In this document: piece by piece, positions 36,481-50,291 of the stretch
Layout of the letters: each line of letters begins with the position of its first letter
Numbering within the stretch: the stretch's first letter is position 1
Origin: Phoronis australis
Lineage: Eukaryota; Animalia; Phoronida
Reading direction: 5' to 3'
Length of the DNA: 64,000 nt
Assembly: GCA_002633005.1 (NCBI GenBank)
Contig: NMRA01000191.1
Span: 612,466-676,465, forward strand
The notes under the pieces: generated by a model
The model's database searches: none
What the model was told of the DNA's origin: nothing
The model's input: the letters and a program-made list of their open reading frames with translations, nothing else
Program-made: the position numbers and the translations under genes

Positions 36481-37909
36481 TTTTATAGTATCTTTGCCTG
36501 AGACTCGTGTAGGATTCTCTATTTTTGTTCTATGATATGTTTGTGATCTTGACTACAACGTACGCTATCGGAAATTCCCACTCCGCCGCGCACACTGGTA
36601 TAATGTTGATGTTTAGATAGCGCCCGCTTCCGTCTCGGAAAAGTCATTTTGACCAAATTACAGATCATAAACAACAGATTCCCAACCCCGAAACTTTCTA
36701 ATGAAATTCTCAGAAAAGGCGCCACTTTCCGGCTAATGAACACACGACATATTTGCCTGCGTGAACTAAAACCGCGACTCACACCAGGTGCCGGTAGTGA
36801 ATATATATTTCTCGGTCACGGCTCGTGCGTACGATCACAGATTTTATACATTGAAAATATACAGTTGGCGGTCCATGTACTATAGTCTATGATAAAATCT
36901 TTAGAAGCATACATATCGTTACGTAAGTCCACGCAGATACCATGAGACCACTGCTCGAACTGTAACATTAAATTTTGACCCGGCCGTGGAAAATGACCCG
37001 AGCCACTTCTTCAACTTTGGAAAATGACGAAAGTTAAATTTTGGTCCATCGTCTCTGCTGAAAACATGTCAGCCCGCTGAGAATGTGTCAGTGGGATAGA
37101 GTCATTATTCAACGATTTCGTTTATAACAGCCGAAAAAGAGAAGACAGACAATTCTGTTTCTTTGTTTAGTTAGCACCAGTGGAGGATAACTGATAAATG
37201 CGGCTATAGGCTGTGCTCAAGTTTGGACTCCCTTTTCCAAATTTCCAAGGGCATTTCCACTGACTGGTTGTACAATGACGTGTCTTTGAAAAGTGTCACT
37301 TTTTAAACGCAAATTGTGGTAGATCCCATCACCACCTGACGAGATTGTGTGAGCGTTTTTCTTTTCTGACGAGATTGCGGGTTGCGCTTGAGGTCCATAT
37401 AAGCCCCTAAATTAAGGAAGCCTTAGGCAGTGTGGGGGGACGATGGCCACGGGCATCCAAACAGTGTGAAAAGGGACTGACCCGGGGGCTACTTCCATAT
37501 GTGAGGATCTGCCACCCGCCAGAAGAGTCACTTTCCGGCCAGATGCTCTACGAAACGGTACCTTTTTCGTCTGAAATGTCTACTGAAGGTCAAACATTTT
37601 GGTTAAAACTCACTACAGAAGGGTAGAATTGTCATCACAAACCACTGCGGAATGGTATGAATTAGTCCCACTTCTGAGATTTAATCTATACACCGAGAGT
37701 ATCTTTGCGGGTTTCAAAATGTGATCACCGGTATGCGATCGTTACTCGCCCTGATCTCTATAGGCGTGAACCGGGCATCGGTTTCCGTATCGTTTTTTAC
37801 CCGTGTCAGCGGCAGGATCAAAAAAGTCTTCCTACGGAAGGCTGACTTTTAACATGCGTTGTAACTTTTTGTTTTCTTAATTCAAGTTATCAAGGCCCAA
37901 AATATAAAG

Positions 37910-38455
37910 GCTCTTAATTAGAGTAATAGGCCATGTTGGAGTGTGAAGCTTCCAGCCTCCAATCCTTTTTCCATGCAACTTCTTATTTTTCAAATCATGC
38001 TTGTCGAATTCTAATGTAAGGAAATACCTGGTCGCCATGGTAATAGTTAGGCATATCCACTTTCATATCATGTAAATTTGTCGTGTTGTTAGATAACGTC
38101 TGTAATGCTTAAATGTTATAAAGTACTGTGCATTCTAAGTTACTTAGTTTGGTAAAAGATTTGATCATTTTTACTTACATATCAACTTAACTGTACTTAG
38201 ATTATTTTAGTTTTGACTTATGTAGTGTAGATGTAACCTTCAACTACCTTGAAAGCCTTTCACTGTAGAAACCAGATATATAATTCCGCCTGAAAGCACT
38301 TGATTTTAATTTGAGCTGTGCATTAAATCATAATTATCCTCTTATTTGTTCTTTTGATTTCTATGACTCAGTTACCAAAGCATGGTAGAATTAGCTTGCC
38401 ACAATGAACACCTGAAATAATATGTTCACTGGCATCTTCATGTAATATTTCTTGA
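37910..38455 (-). repeat. Inverted copy of 27422-27945
   Basis: Direct sequence comparison. Confidence 0.88.
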
Positions 38456-39639
38456 AAATTCAATTCTCTAAAATTCACTCGGGCTCTAGATAACGGGGGA
38501 TAACGACTTCGCCATGTGGTAATCTATATTTATTTCAGAACATGCAATGTCTGGCTTTATAATAACTGTTAGCAACTAAATACACGCATCATCTCGACCC
38601 CTGAATTCTCACATTTTCAACCAAGTAACCAAACACGAAACATTATAATTTGGTTCTACTGTACACTTGCTGTACACACGGTTTTACCAATGGCTGCAGT
38701 CAATGAGTGTGAGAGAGATTTATTGTTTCCAGGTGAAGCGACTGAAATTTTCGCCTCACCGAATATAGTTCAACACTCAAGGAGAAATAAAACTATATTA
38801 AAGAAATTGAGTTTCTCTGATATGAAGAAATTAGGATTGAGGGCAAAACTAAGGGACATTTCAGTAACTTGAAAAATTGTCTTTAACGTTGAGTTTTAAC
38901 TGGAAATTCGTTTTGAAAGCTCCCGCCTGAAGCGCCAATAGGAGCTGTGGTAGGTGTCAGTTCAGTTAAAAGAGCAGGCTTTAATATCACAAACCGCACT
39001 TCTCCGTTGCAAGCATTTCCGACCCAAGGACTGTGATCACTCTGAGGCCTGTTCGCCTAAAGTGTGTTCACCTATACTGTACGACAGAGTGTGCCGGCTT
39101 CAGAAAACACTGACATGCCCCTATAATCAATATAAAATACGCTTGCGCAAATTACATTATATAATAACATTTATGCACCAAATTTACGACAATTTACCCT
39201 CATCAATCATGTCGTGCATATTTTATGTACTTCTAACGTATACCGCTTAGAATCATTGTCGTTGCTCAAGGTAACAGCCATGAAACTCTAAGGACACGAC
39301 AGACGCGTTTTGATTTTCTACGTCCAGCCACTGGGGAGGTACAAGTTGACAATTTTCGCACTAATTCACTGCAAAAATACCCTGCCCGGTTACGTTTGAT
39401 CCCTCTCCCGTCATTGTCGCTAAGTGCCACCAGGTTACGACTGAACTTAATTTGCCCCGCCCTCAGTTGTGTTAGTTTAACTCCCTCAGGTTCAGTCTGG
39501 TTGCAATTGAATCGTTTCATCTGCCTCCGGTTTGTTATTGTTTTTTTTTTTAATTCACTCCCACGCGGGCTCTTTGACGTGAAGATCTCTTTTTGGGTAA
39601 CAGTAGTTGTGTAGTCGTCAGGCAGGTTAAGAAAATGCT

Positions 39640-40111
39640 TGGAGCTATTGGTCCATGTTCGCAACTTGTAACAATCTTTAAACCTGTAAACAGACTTTTG
39701 TCATTGCCTAGACTAAAACACCATTGAGTAATTCTCAAAGTAGTCATAATGTGCACCAACTCAACTGTAATGAATGTGAACAGTTTTACATTGGAATGAC
39801 CAACAGGATTCTTAGCATCAGAGTCAAAGGACACTGTAAAGACACACAGTGCTGTTTTCAACCATTCATTGACAACTGGTCTCACTATAGATTCCTCTGG
39901 TGTTCAGATGTTAGACAAGGATAATGTCACCCTCAGGCTCCTCATGAAGGAGACTACACATGTATGCCGTGGGCGGCGCACCATAGGGGGCGGGGGGGCC
40001 GCTTTAGCCCTTTCTTTTTTCAGTGCCATGCAGCCCATGCATATACGGTTGAACCATGCTGAGCGCTATCTCAATAGAAACATTGGTTCATTTGAGCTCC
40101 AACTGTTTTGA
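39640..40111 (+). mobile_element. Penelope-like GIY-YIG relic interrupted by a monomeric GGGCGGCGCA MITE (~39968-40039)
   Basis: VHQLNCNECEQFYIGMTNRILSIRVKGH ... LLMKETTH[insertion]IRLNHAERYLNRNIGSFELQLF. Confidence 0.8.
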
Positions 40112-40765
40112 AGAGAAGACTACTTCACGCGATTAAAGGGTCATAACGTGTGTCGGGGATTGGAGTAGAAAAGGAAAAGACTCTTTCAAGACCAACTCTT
40201 GTTTCACTGGAAACAATTAATTATCGAGATCGAAGAAAATACTGTGTCTGGTTATTGATGACGACGGAGGCCACATAGAGCTTAGACTGAAAGGACTGGC
40301 ATTAAAGTTATCGACTAATTTAACATCATTGCTATTTCTACAATTCTTTTACAGCATATCGCGCTGAGGCTTAACGAAAATAGTTTTTTCCAACTGATTT
40401 CGTATGACTAATCACAGTCATGTTGTAAGTCAAAGGCGGGACATTTGTTGGGCACAATATATCAACCGGAAACGTGTCTTTAATTACGTTGTGTACTGAG
40501 ACCACTTTCAGTGGATCACGCCAATACAGAAACTTAAAAACAAATCAAAATCACGTTCAACTAATATTTACACTTACAAGGCACTCTAATCCAATAAACA
40601 TTTCAGACAATGAAACGTATGCTAACTTGTTCAATTTCTGGAAATTGGGGGCTAAAGCAGAAGCTGCGCTTGCTTTTGGATTAATTTACTATTGAATACA
40701 ACATACAAAACCAGTTAAATTTCAGTCCGAGTTACACTTAGCACATATACTTAGTCTCCCTGGCA

Positions 40766-41884
40766 TTAGATAATCTCGTTTCTAAATCGGCTGCTGTGAA
40801 ACTTTACAAAGTGATCCCACAAACCAAGAACAACATCTGTTGCCACAAGATCGTTCACGTTCTTCCCGAGAAGTCGCAGAATGAACACGCCATCGAGCTG
40901 AAGGTAGTGGTTCAGGAACGCCTTCTTTAGAACCTTATTTTCCGTCCTTTTCTTGAGAAGATCTAGCACGTAGCGTCTTCGTGCTTTGTAGCAAAGAGTG
41001 ACCAACCAGGGAAGCAATCCCCAACATGATAATATCGCAACGAGCGCGAGCCAAAACCAAACGAAAATGAAAATTTTTTCGCTGAACAAATTCATTGGAA
41101 GAACACATTGGATGGTGTATCTATGACTGTTAGCCAAACCACCGAGGCGTCGGATTTTGAAGTCGCAGAACGTGACTCGGGGAAATCGCTTGGACTCCTT
41201 CCACTGCGTTCCATTCACAACTTGCGAAATTATCTCTACGCCAAAGAATGTGAAATCTTGTTGGAGAAATGCATTCATAATGAAGAACTGGGCTATACAA
41301 TTGATTATGTAGACTAGTTTGACGGCTATATATATAATTACGAGGCGCCTTCCATGTCTAAATTTTGATTCGGTAGTGAACAGACAGTCTAGATGTCGCA
41401 CCAAATATTTTGCCAGTTTCTCCCGTTGATCAACGTTCCCGTAACCGCTGTTGACGGCAACGTCCATTACGTCTGCAACATCTAAGACGGAGCGCTTATT
41501 CATTAGACGCCAAACAATGTGAGGCATATAGAATAAACAAGCCATAGACAATAGTATGAAAGGAAGCCACTGGTAGTACGTCACTTCACGGTTTTGCCGC
41601 GCGCTTATTGTCAACGGTATGTCTTCTGGGTTTCGGCCGTAAGCGACGTAATATGTGTTGCTAATCCAACAAATGCTCTCTGTAAATTTCACGTGCGCAG
41701 CTGAAAAATGGGAAGGTGTCCAGCAATTGATCACATCTCCGACATATTGTTTGCTTCCAATGATGAGCATGCAAACCAGCAGCACCCCGAGTGTATAGCG
41801 GTGGCTTAGACGGTCGAAGAAGTCGTCGTCGTAGTGAAGGGAGAATTTCGTTGCTTTTCCAACCACTTCCAATATGTTCGCCAT
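40766..41884 (-). CDS. Innexin (gap-junction/hemichannel protein), CDS in a single exon
   Basis: 372-aa ORF with DDFFDRLSH.YT, KQYVGD.I.CW.P, CW..NTY, the innexin signature YYQW.P, FPRVT.CDF, QCVL.MN.F.EKIF.F.WFW and DGVF.LRL; four TM segments. Confidence 0.97.
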   Translation of the reverse strand: MANILEVVGKATKFSLHYDDDFFDRLSHRYTLGVLLVCMLIIGSKQYVGDVINCWTPSHFSAAHVKFTESICWISNTYYVAYGRNPEDIPLTISARQNREVTYYQWLPFILLSMACLFYMPHIVWRLMNKRSVLDVADVMDVAVNSGYGNVDQREKLAKYLVRHLDCLFTTESKFRHGRRLVIIYIAVKLVYIINCIAQFFIMNAFLQQDFTFFGVEIISQVVNGTQWKESKRFPRVTFCDFKIRRLGGLANSHRYTIQCVLPMNLFSEKIFIFVWFWLALVAILSCWGLLPWLVTLCYKARRRYVLDLLKKRTENKVLKKAFLNHYLQLDGVFILRLLGKNVNDLVATDVVLGLWDHFVKFHSSRFRNEII

Positions 41885-42896
41885 TTTCCCGCGTCATGCT
41901 CTGTCATCTGTGAGACAAAACTGTGACACAACTACCCTGGAGTGACTGGGTTATTTCACGGTCATCATTTACCTGCATACCAGTGAGACGCAGAACCAGA
42001 AGCACCTGTTCAACTTGCCTTTGTTTAAACGTGATCAAATCAATAAAGAAAATAGAAAGTTTACTTCACCGGTCTTGATTATGAGCCCGTATGAAATTTA
42101 TGAACGAATCGTTTAATCGTGCCATCATCATGCAATGCTCAATCTATAAATAATTATACTACCATCATCAATACCTTTCGGAGTAGACAAGTACAAAGGT
42201 CGTAGTATTGAAGGTGTGACTTGCTTATAAATATTCGTCATGTGTTTCTTAGTCAATGTGTCAGTTAAATTCGATGTGTTCATTAGTCATTGTGCTGGTA
42301 AATTGGTGGCTGACTTCCAACATTGAGCAACGGCTAGTAGTATTTCATACAAGATCAACTGCCGGTGCAGCAACTTCAGAAAGAGAACTCAATATATTGC
42401 GAGATAGTATAAAACAAGTGTTTAATTCAACGTATAAAGAGTTTTATCCAGCTAAATGCATCGTATCTATTACCGAAGCCGGGAGGCGCGTATTACACGG
42501 TTCAAGTCCTCCCAGGATGAATTTTAAGCTCTGCGAGACTTGAACAGTCGAAATTCGTGTGATCAAGAGATTGAGAAAATACTGCCTTATGTTTCTCACA
42601 ATTGAATAGTTTCGCATCCGCCATTCAGCTCATATACTACAGTTCACTACAGTCCTGCCTGTGCCACCTTTGGGCCAGTTTACATTTTCGAGCATTTAAT
42701 TGTGGAATTTCTGGTGTTCGACAACCATGTTCATGGAAAATATACCATATGAGAACCCGTCATCTGCAGAAGTTAGTAACCTCGGTACTCGTGCACTGGC
42801 ACCGTGTGCGTGACCTCGGTACCATTGCATGCACACAACATGCATGCATACGTTTGTACCGAAACATATGACCTCGGCACGTTGACATGCATTACA

Positions 42897-43151
42897 CATG
42901 CTTGCATCCAGGGGGCACGGGGGCTCGAACGAGCCTTCCCCCATTTGGCAGAATGGACAAAAATGTCCGCCTCATACAAACAAAAAGTGTGAGAAAACCC
43001 GAGAAAACGAGACAAAAGTCCACTAAAAAGGCAGGAATTTGGTGAATGCACAATTCATAGCTCTGAACGAACCCCGTTTTTTGATACCCGGTTTTTTCAG
43101 CAAAAGGTTCACATTTGTGCACCCCTATATTTTAGGCTGGGTGAGCGCATG
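42897..43151. mobile_element. CATG-ended MITE with a 5-bp TSD (second family)
   Basis: CATGCTTGCATCCAG ... CTGGGTGAGCGCATG flanked by TTACA on both sides. Confidence 0.75.
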
Positions 43152-44933
43152 TTACACACTCACATAATTTTTGAGTTGTTATAAAATACTTCGAGGCAGT
43201 GAAACCTCCCGATACCAAGCACTGTTCGTTTTACGTCCATACACTTTTGCTGGACCCGGTAACCTTGGAACAACTGCACATATTGCATACTTGCGTTGCG
43301 TTCGAGTGCATGACAGTGCTATTTTTCTGTGATACGCCGCTCAGTTTAAACGCTAAATTAATTAAGGCCGTCTAAGGGGGAGGGGGAGGGGCATAAATCA
43401 GAATTCCACAATGTTGAATTAAGGTTTAACGGAGTGCAGCAGAATATGCTTCCGCCAAAAGCCATCGTCTACAGTGTCCGTCATGAGCTTCTTTACATTT
43501 TATGAGGTCCAGCCCATTGGTGGCGCACCATAGGGGATGGGGGGGCTATAGCCCCACTTTTTTCAGTGCTCCGGCGCCCATGGTCTATGGGCGGTGTACC
43601 ACAGGGGGCTGGGGGGTATAGCCCCCACTTTTTTTTGAATGCTGCGCCGCCCATGCAGCCCCTAGGGTTTCAATTGAAGGAGACCCCTAAATGTATTGAC
43701 CCGAGCTCCCATCAATACAAGATGTTATTGTCTTAGTAAAACGTTATATATTACCTCTTGTTTTATCAATTTGCATTTATTTAAATACCATTTCTTGTAT
43801 TTTTGTCATGTGGCACTAACTTTAAAACAATTTCAAGACAATTGATCATGTTTAGAAAGAGCTTTTCATTATAAGTATTTCTGTTGTGAGAAATAACAGA
43901 ATATCAGCAATTGGAACCAAGATAGCAAAGCTGAGTGTAGAAAGGTAATCACGTGGCAAGACTGGAGTTCCGGAATGGTTCGTTTTACCAATAAATGCTG
44001 TTAATTTATTTGTCAATTTTTATGGGTAGAATGTTTGTTTGGTCCAAGGCTTTGGCAATGATTTTGGTTCCTTCATTCTGAATTTATTGTTTATGTTGGT
44101 GCGAAATTCAATTGAACGCTAGGTTTTGGACATACAGTGATTTTCCTGAAACAGCAATTGCCAACCAGTAAACCAAGTCAAAACACAACGCTATGTTTAC
44201 TGTTCACTCATGACTGCAGGCACACACTCCATGGCAAACAAAGGACCCCAAAACGAGTTATCAGATGAGCCTGTTTTCTTACATTAAAGCATATTATGGA
44301 GGTTACCAGTATTTTTGTCATTTCCTAGAGTATCCAAAATTTCCGAATCCTCCATGAAGCATTGGTGACGTCAAGCATTATCAAGATTTACAGTTTATTT
44401 CTACAAGGATCTGCCAAATTTAAGTATCTCAGTAGCCTTCCCTTTAATTGAGCTGCATCATTCCATTTCCCTTCTGACCTTACTGCCATAAAAATTGCAT
44501 AGTTGCCTGTTACCCGCCATTCACTAAATACAGGCATCCTATAGTTGTAGACGACGATGACATTTCGCCTAAGGTAACACCAAAATAAAGCCATGCCACG
44601 TTCTGAGTTCAGACTAAAGGTGGAACGCAGGACGCCAGGGAATAGACCACCGTTACTGCTTTTTAAATTAAGTCACTATACAATCAATTCAGGAGCCAGG
44701 GAGTTGAACATGGTTTTGCGGGATAATTTTTTTTCTTTGCTGTTTCATGTAGCCCGGGGTTAAGTAAGCATGATTTAGGGGGATGACCGTTCGCAACCCT
44801 TGAGCATTATTTTAAACATGCAAATTAAGGTGGCCATTATGAAAAATTCTATTTTTGCATATAATTTCCTTGTCAAGCACTCCATCCAGATAATTTTGAC
44901 GTTTTTACACATGTTTCCATGGTCAACGATACT
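43125..44933 (+). repeat. Segment duplicated at ~50292-52095 (high identity)
   Basis: Collinear near-identity; the second copy starts immediately after an N gap. Confidence 0.95.
43515..43655. mobile_element. Dimeric CATGGG MITE with a 5-bp TSD (CAGCC)
   Basis: Same family as 6855; CAGCC on both sides; duplicated at ~50677-50819. Confidence 0.85.
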
Positions 44934-45369
44934 AAAGTCCTTGTTGCAAACTGCCCATGTGGTTCTAGTATCCGAAAATACTTACTACATAAAATCTTAT
45001 TTTCGACACCCTTTCTTTATATTCTTTTCGACTTTCTTGCCAAAAGCGATTTTTCAACCGTATTTGACCCTTCTCTCTGAGCGTATGATTACCGGTTATC
45101 ATCGGTTATTTCCGTACCCACATTTCCGGCTCATCAGTTCAGGAACTTGTCCTGAACGCCGCCATTTTTTCCTTGTAACTGAATGTGCTATGGCTTGCTC
45201 GAAAAGTCTTCATTATTTTGTTTTATTAGTAATATATCGTGATTCGTTTGCATATGTAGTGTATTTATAGTTTGTAGTTTGTGGTCGTTGATTTTATTGG
45301 AATGTTACGCGTACTTAGTATGTTAAAATAGCATTGGTGTTTAGTTCCTTACGTAGGCCGGTCGAACCT

Positions 45370-45943
45370 CTCGCTGGTTCCCTGCGTGCTTAGCCCAGCC
45401 AGAACGCAGGTATCACGCAGTGGCACGCGCTTTAGCATTGATCGATGTAATCTTGGCAGTCATTGGTTAGCTTTACAACACCGTGAAAAAAATGACAGAC
45501 TGTGAATGATTTTAGCCTTGTCATGCAAGTGGCGTCGCAGCAACTATTTCGTTTGTGCAGTAATGTTTAATAGTCGCGTGCTTGAAGCACATACATGCAC
45601 AATAAACACATATTACGGTGTGTTATTCATACCGTATAAGGACACTATCGTAAACAAAAGTCATCGACAGTAGAAAGATGCATTCCGAAAAGGCTCAATC
45701 ACAATTTCTAGGCTTCACATTTCCTGAACATAATTTTAAGCACCGGTTTGTCTGTACAACAGACCACATTTACACTTCAGTCCATCAGCCATGCCAGTTT
45801 GTTTGCGCAAAGCGCTGCCTGTTGACGAATCGACTAGCCAATCAGAAACGCCGGTGTAAAAAAATTTACAGAGGACATTTAAGTGATACCTGCGTGCTGG
45901 CGCGGCTACCGCCCCACCTAGCGGCACGCAGGGAACCAGCGAG
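45370..45943. mobile_element. MITE with a 9-bp TSD (MULE-like)
   Basis: TIR CTCGCTGGTTCCCTGCGTGC / GCACGCAGGGAACCAGCGAG; GTCGAACCT at 45361-45369 and 45944-45952. Confidence 0.9.
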
Positions 45944-46558
45944 GTCGAACCTGGGAACCAATATGGGTCCAACCTATTTTTTCAGTTTTATTTTTTTCCT
46001 CGTTTTGAAAAAGTACTTTGCTATCATCGGAAAGGTAGTACATTCTACTCAGTAAAAATCGAAAAAGTATCAAAATCGGGGCAAGCACTGTAAAGTTATT
46101 GCAAGTTTCTTGGCGAAATTTGGGTCACTTTGTTTGGATCGCGTCGGCCATATTGGGGACAGCGGGATGAGTTACGAGTTTAAAACTTTGTGTAAATTGT
46201 TTTCGCCAACAAATTACGGTGACATTTAGTTAGACATAACTTTACTTACTATTCTGCACGATTTAGCAGTGTTCACCAAATTTCAACCTCGCAGTTGTTA
46301 CTCATTAAGTGATAAATGTACTCACAATTCCCGTTGGACTTCGTCTCATTTCTGGCGGCACCTACAATGTCGACTTTTGCTGAACTGAAAGGCATGTTCA
46401 ATCGGCTACTTTGTAATTTGTCACAGTGAAGATTTAACGTTGATACATTTTGACAAACGTTGCTACAAAAAAGAAACTTTGTTCAATTTTCGTGTTTTTT
46501 GTGTTTGTGGCCAGCGACCAGTTAGGCCTAAGGGTAGTCTTGGCGCAAAGCTGCCTCC

Positions 46559-46699
46559 CGTTCAGTAACGCTAGGACCTCGCTAAAAAGCAAGACTTCGC
46601 GAGAATACGTGAGATTTCGCCGTGTATTTTGAATAAGAACACGTGACTTTGACTAGGTTTTAGCTAGGTCCTAGCGTAGGTCCTAGCGTCTACTGAACG
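46559..46699. mobile_element. Small TIR element (unclassified MITE)
   Basis: CGTTCAGTAACGCTAGGACCT ... AGGTCCTAGCGTCTACTGAACG. Confidence 0.55.
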
Positions 46700-49600
46700 C
46701 ACGCCTGTATAGGCCTACTAACAAGCTGTATTTTGACTATAGTCTTCACTGGTTGCTGGTGACTGAGGCTAACTAAAGTCTGCCGCGGCAGTGTTACACA
46801 GGACTAACCAGCCCGTAATTTCATGCAAGTATCTGAAACTACCCTTGAATATATGCAGCATTTATCATTTGACCATTTTACTTCGACAAAACAGCTTGCA
46901 ACCGCATGCATTTACCGTTCGCCAGTGTCTGGTCTCGATCCGCACCGGGTCCGATAGGCTGCGGTCCCGAGTCTGGCAAAATAATTTCTGTCAAAATTTA
47001 TTCGCCACATTTCTTCAGCAAATTCGATAAAATTGTCTGTAGTTTGATTTTATTAAAATTAAGGCGCGCTGTCGATCATTTTATCCCCGTTTGCTGGCTG
47101 GTAACAGTACAGGCACTGCTCGAGTCGCACTGACGGCGTTTTCTCGGCCTGGGTTCCTGAATGAATAGTACTTCCGGGTTCGCGGCAAGTTCAAAATGGC
47201 GGTGTTTCTTCGGGTGCGAATCGTGAGTGGTGCGTTCATTTAAACTGTTTTCGAGTACGGATCGTGTATTAGTTATGGGGTAGGTACTTCTTGGATCCTT
47301 ATAACATCTTCTAACCATGTAATAAGGGTTAACAACGCGTGAGAGAAGGACTTTAATAGTGCAAGTTTTTTTGGTGAATACATTTGTGAATTTGCATAAG
47401 TTATGCTAATTAAGGCCGCCATTATTCAATGAAAATTTTTCTTTTGCTTATAGCTACTGTATCAGGCACCACAGATGAAATATCATGATATTTGCACCAA
47501 TATTCTTTTGGTCAGTTAGTTTAATGAAATCGGTTTGCATATTGTTGCATGATAAATTTGCATAATTAGTGCAAATTTGCATAACTAATGCAAATTAAGG
47601 GCGCCCTTATTCAAAATTCTACTTGTGCTTACAGTTGCGGTACCAAGTACCACAGGTAAACTCTCATGATATTTGAACCTATGTTCCTACGGTCAATAAG
47701 GTTAATGAAACCAGTTTGCAAGTTGCATGATAAATTAACATAATTTATGAAAATAAAGGCGGCCATTATTAAAAATTGTGTTTCTGCTCGTAACTTTTTT
47801 ACTGGGGTCACTACATGTAGATTATTTTGGTATTTTTGCTGATGAATTTTATGTAATATGTCATTACATCATAAATGATCTGTAATTTATTACACAACAA
47901 TACAAATTCGAGTTTTGTGTGACACCGAGGGTACGTAGTAGATGACCAAATGGTTTAATTGCATAAGCCCAGGACAATAACCCATCGAATGGAGACCAGT
48001 CACAAGACGTTTCAAATGCTATTTCAACACTCGGAACGTGAACACACTACAGTATGACGTGCCCAAAATATTGTGCGGGGTAGAAAATTGACACTACTTG
48101 AATTTCGTGGAATCTGACCTTTGCAGCCGCACCTAATCATCACCAGTATGCAATAGGAGCGAGTTGGACACCATGCGGAATTATAGATGGTGAGGGTGAT
48201 TTGTTTATGGCATCTTTCTTCCATCCAAAGTCCTCTGGATCTATTGCTGGTGACATTCCACCAATCACTGACTGGCAATGGGCTCTGTTTACGTTTACAT
48301 TCTCTGTGATTGCATCTGTTGTCGGTGACAGTTTGAGGGCGGACATATATTTCTTGCCATTTCTCTTCCCCATACCAGTAGCCTGGTTTCAGACATCTTC
48401 CTGATTCTCTTCATTCCATAACAGGCCCATTTACAGTTAGTGGCCTGTTTCATGACATCAGAAAAATGTGCATTAAAACTGCCGATGGCAAACAGGTCAT
48501 GTCCAGCCTTCAACATTTTAACGATGGATCCGTTTCCAACTCCACAATAGCATGACACCGTATTGCACCCCTACAGCGCATGGCAGGGAGGAGACCATCA
48601 CAATATCGCTATATATTTTCAGTGTTAACTTTACGTGTATGTCTACGACTGTTCTACGCTTATTAGGTGATTTCATGGTTGTGGTATTTGAAGCTGTTCC
48701 TTGTCTTAGTAATGCAGACGAAGGACAAATACATTTTTGTCATCCGAAACAACCTAAAATTTGTTACGTTCATATGCACATTCACGTCCTGCTGTACACG
48801 TCTAGCTTCTTCGTGGGATGTCTCCAGTGTCCGTGTAATGTATTAAAGGACAAGGATCTTCATCAGTGATTACCTAATGGTGTTCCTAATGTACTGGTAG
48901 TCTTTCTGGAAGTCTGATCTCATTGCCTTTCCCATGCTTATCGTTTCATGTAGGTCCACATTAAATGTTGGAGTAGCAACCCTGTCAATGCTAATGATCA
49001 CTACTACGTCTTTGGGATGGACCTTGGAAATCCAATAGATCGATGCTGGTATCTACTTTTGACAGATTCGTGCAATATCCTGGGTATGTGCATCAAGACG
49101 TGACTTTCTTCCGTGTGGTAGGCTTTAGTACAAGATCTAATGTTGACTGTTCTCCATCTCTCCAAACTCTGATTCAGTCTTGTAGGACTGTAGCGTACAG
49201 TCGCACGCACATTAGATGTCTCTCTTGTTGTTGTTGTTGACCCAGCGGTTTACACGCGTATAATAATAATACCGTAACATTGGCTCATAAAACTTTATTT
49301 ATGATATGATACGATAAGATACGGCAAGATACGATTTTCAATACGGTAAACGATTTACGATTCACGATACGAAACGATACGGTTAAACCTGAAACAATTA
49401 ATAAAGATAATGCAATATCTAATACAAATTGAAGTACCAAACACATCATACTAAAATACAGAAAATTGCATATCTAATAATATTATATCAACTCACAATT
49501 TGACAAACAATAGTTAGCAGAAACTTGTAGTTACAACAATTTCTATTACAACACTTTCTATGAGTTAATCAAATAATCAAAGAACTGAGAATAGTTGTTT

Positions 49601-50201
49601 CTAAAGTCAAAGTTTATAGCAAAACATCAAGAAACAAAGTTGTCTCTTACCAACGCTGGGTATCTGTGATATTTCTGAAGCAAGCAGCAGCCTCTCTCCA
49701 AGTAATATGAATTCTAGAGTAGCTAACAGAATATTTATACTGAACACAAGAAAGGTGGGCGAGATAATTCAAAACATGAAAACCCACAAACTTCCTCCAA
49801 AGTGCTACATCTAGTTCCAAAACAATTCTGTGAATCAATCTGCTGGACTCCAGCAATGAACCCAAGTCATTACCAATTATGGCGCAGGACAATCAAGAGT
49901 TGAGTAATTCTGATGGACAAATAACAGATTATTGTTGTTGTCGGAAATGCCTCATCCCAAAGCTGACAGGTTTTCAAAGACTTTAAGTTACACAACTTGC
50001 AAAACAAGGCACAATTGTTATTATAAACATCCCACAACTGGTAACAGACATGTGGTGAATCACTTCCCATGAACTCCTAGGAGGTTACAAATTTTGGTAA
50101 ACAACCAATATGTTTGATTAATTATACACTAGTCACTAAAATTGCATAACATTGCTTTTAATTAGACTAATTATCTACAGCATCAAAAAATGTCACCAAC
50201 A

Positions 50202-50291
50202 NNNNNNNNNNNNNNNNNNNNNNNNNNNNNNNNNNNNNNNNNNNNNNNNNNNNNNNNNNNNNNNNNNNNNNNNNNNNNNNNNNNNNNNNNN
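50202..50291. other. Assembly gap (N run)
   Basis: Run of N. Confidence 1.

Larger units (their letters stand above)
44936..47352. mobile_element. Kolobok-like insertion (TTAA-type target), 2.4 kb, non-coding
   Basis: CTAA|AGTCCTT ... AAGGACT|TTAA; absent from the twin segment at ~52095. Confidence 0.8.
44685..49240 (-). mobile_element. Academ-like DNA transposon relic with XPG/FEN1-type nuclease coding remnants (48020-49240), interrupted by nested elements
   Basis: Left end homologous to 51849. Minus-strand remnants SHEEA.V, SDDKNVFVL (DDTDV), HAL*GCNTVSCYCGVG (GCD/H3TH), PTTDA..RAH, P.DFGW and a Cys-rich IRCGCK tail. Confidence 0.65.
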
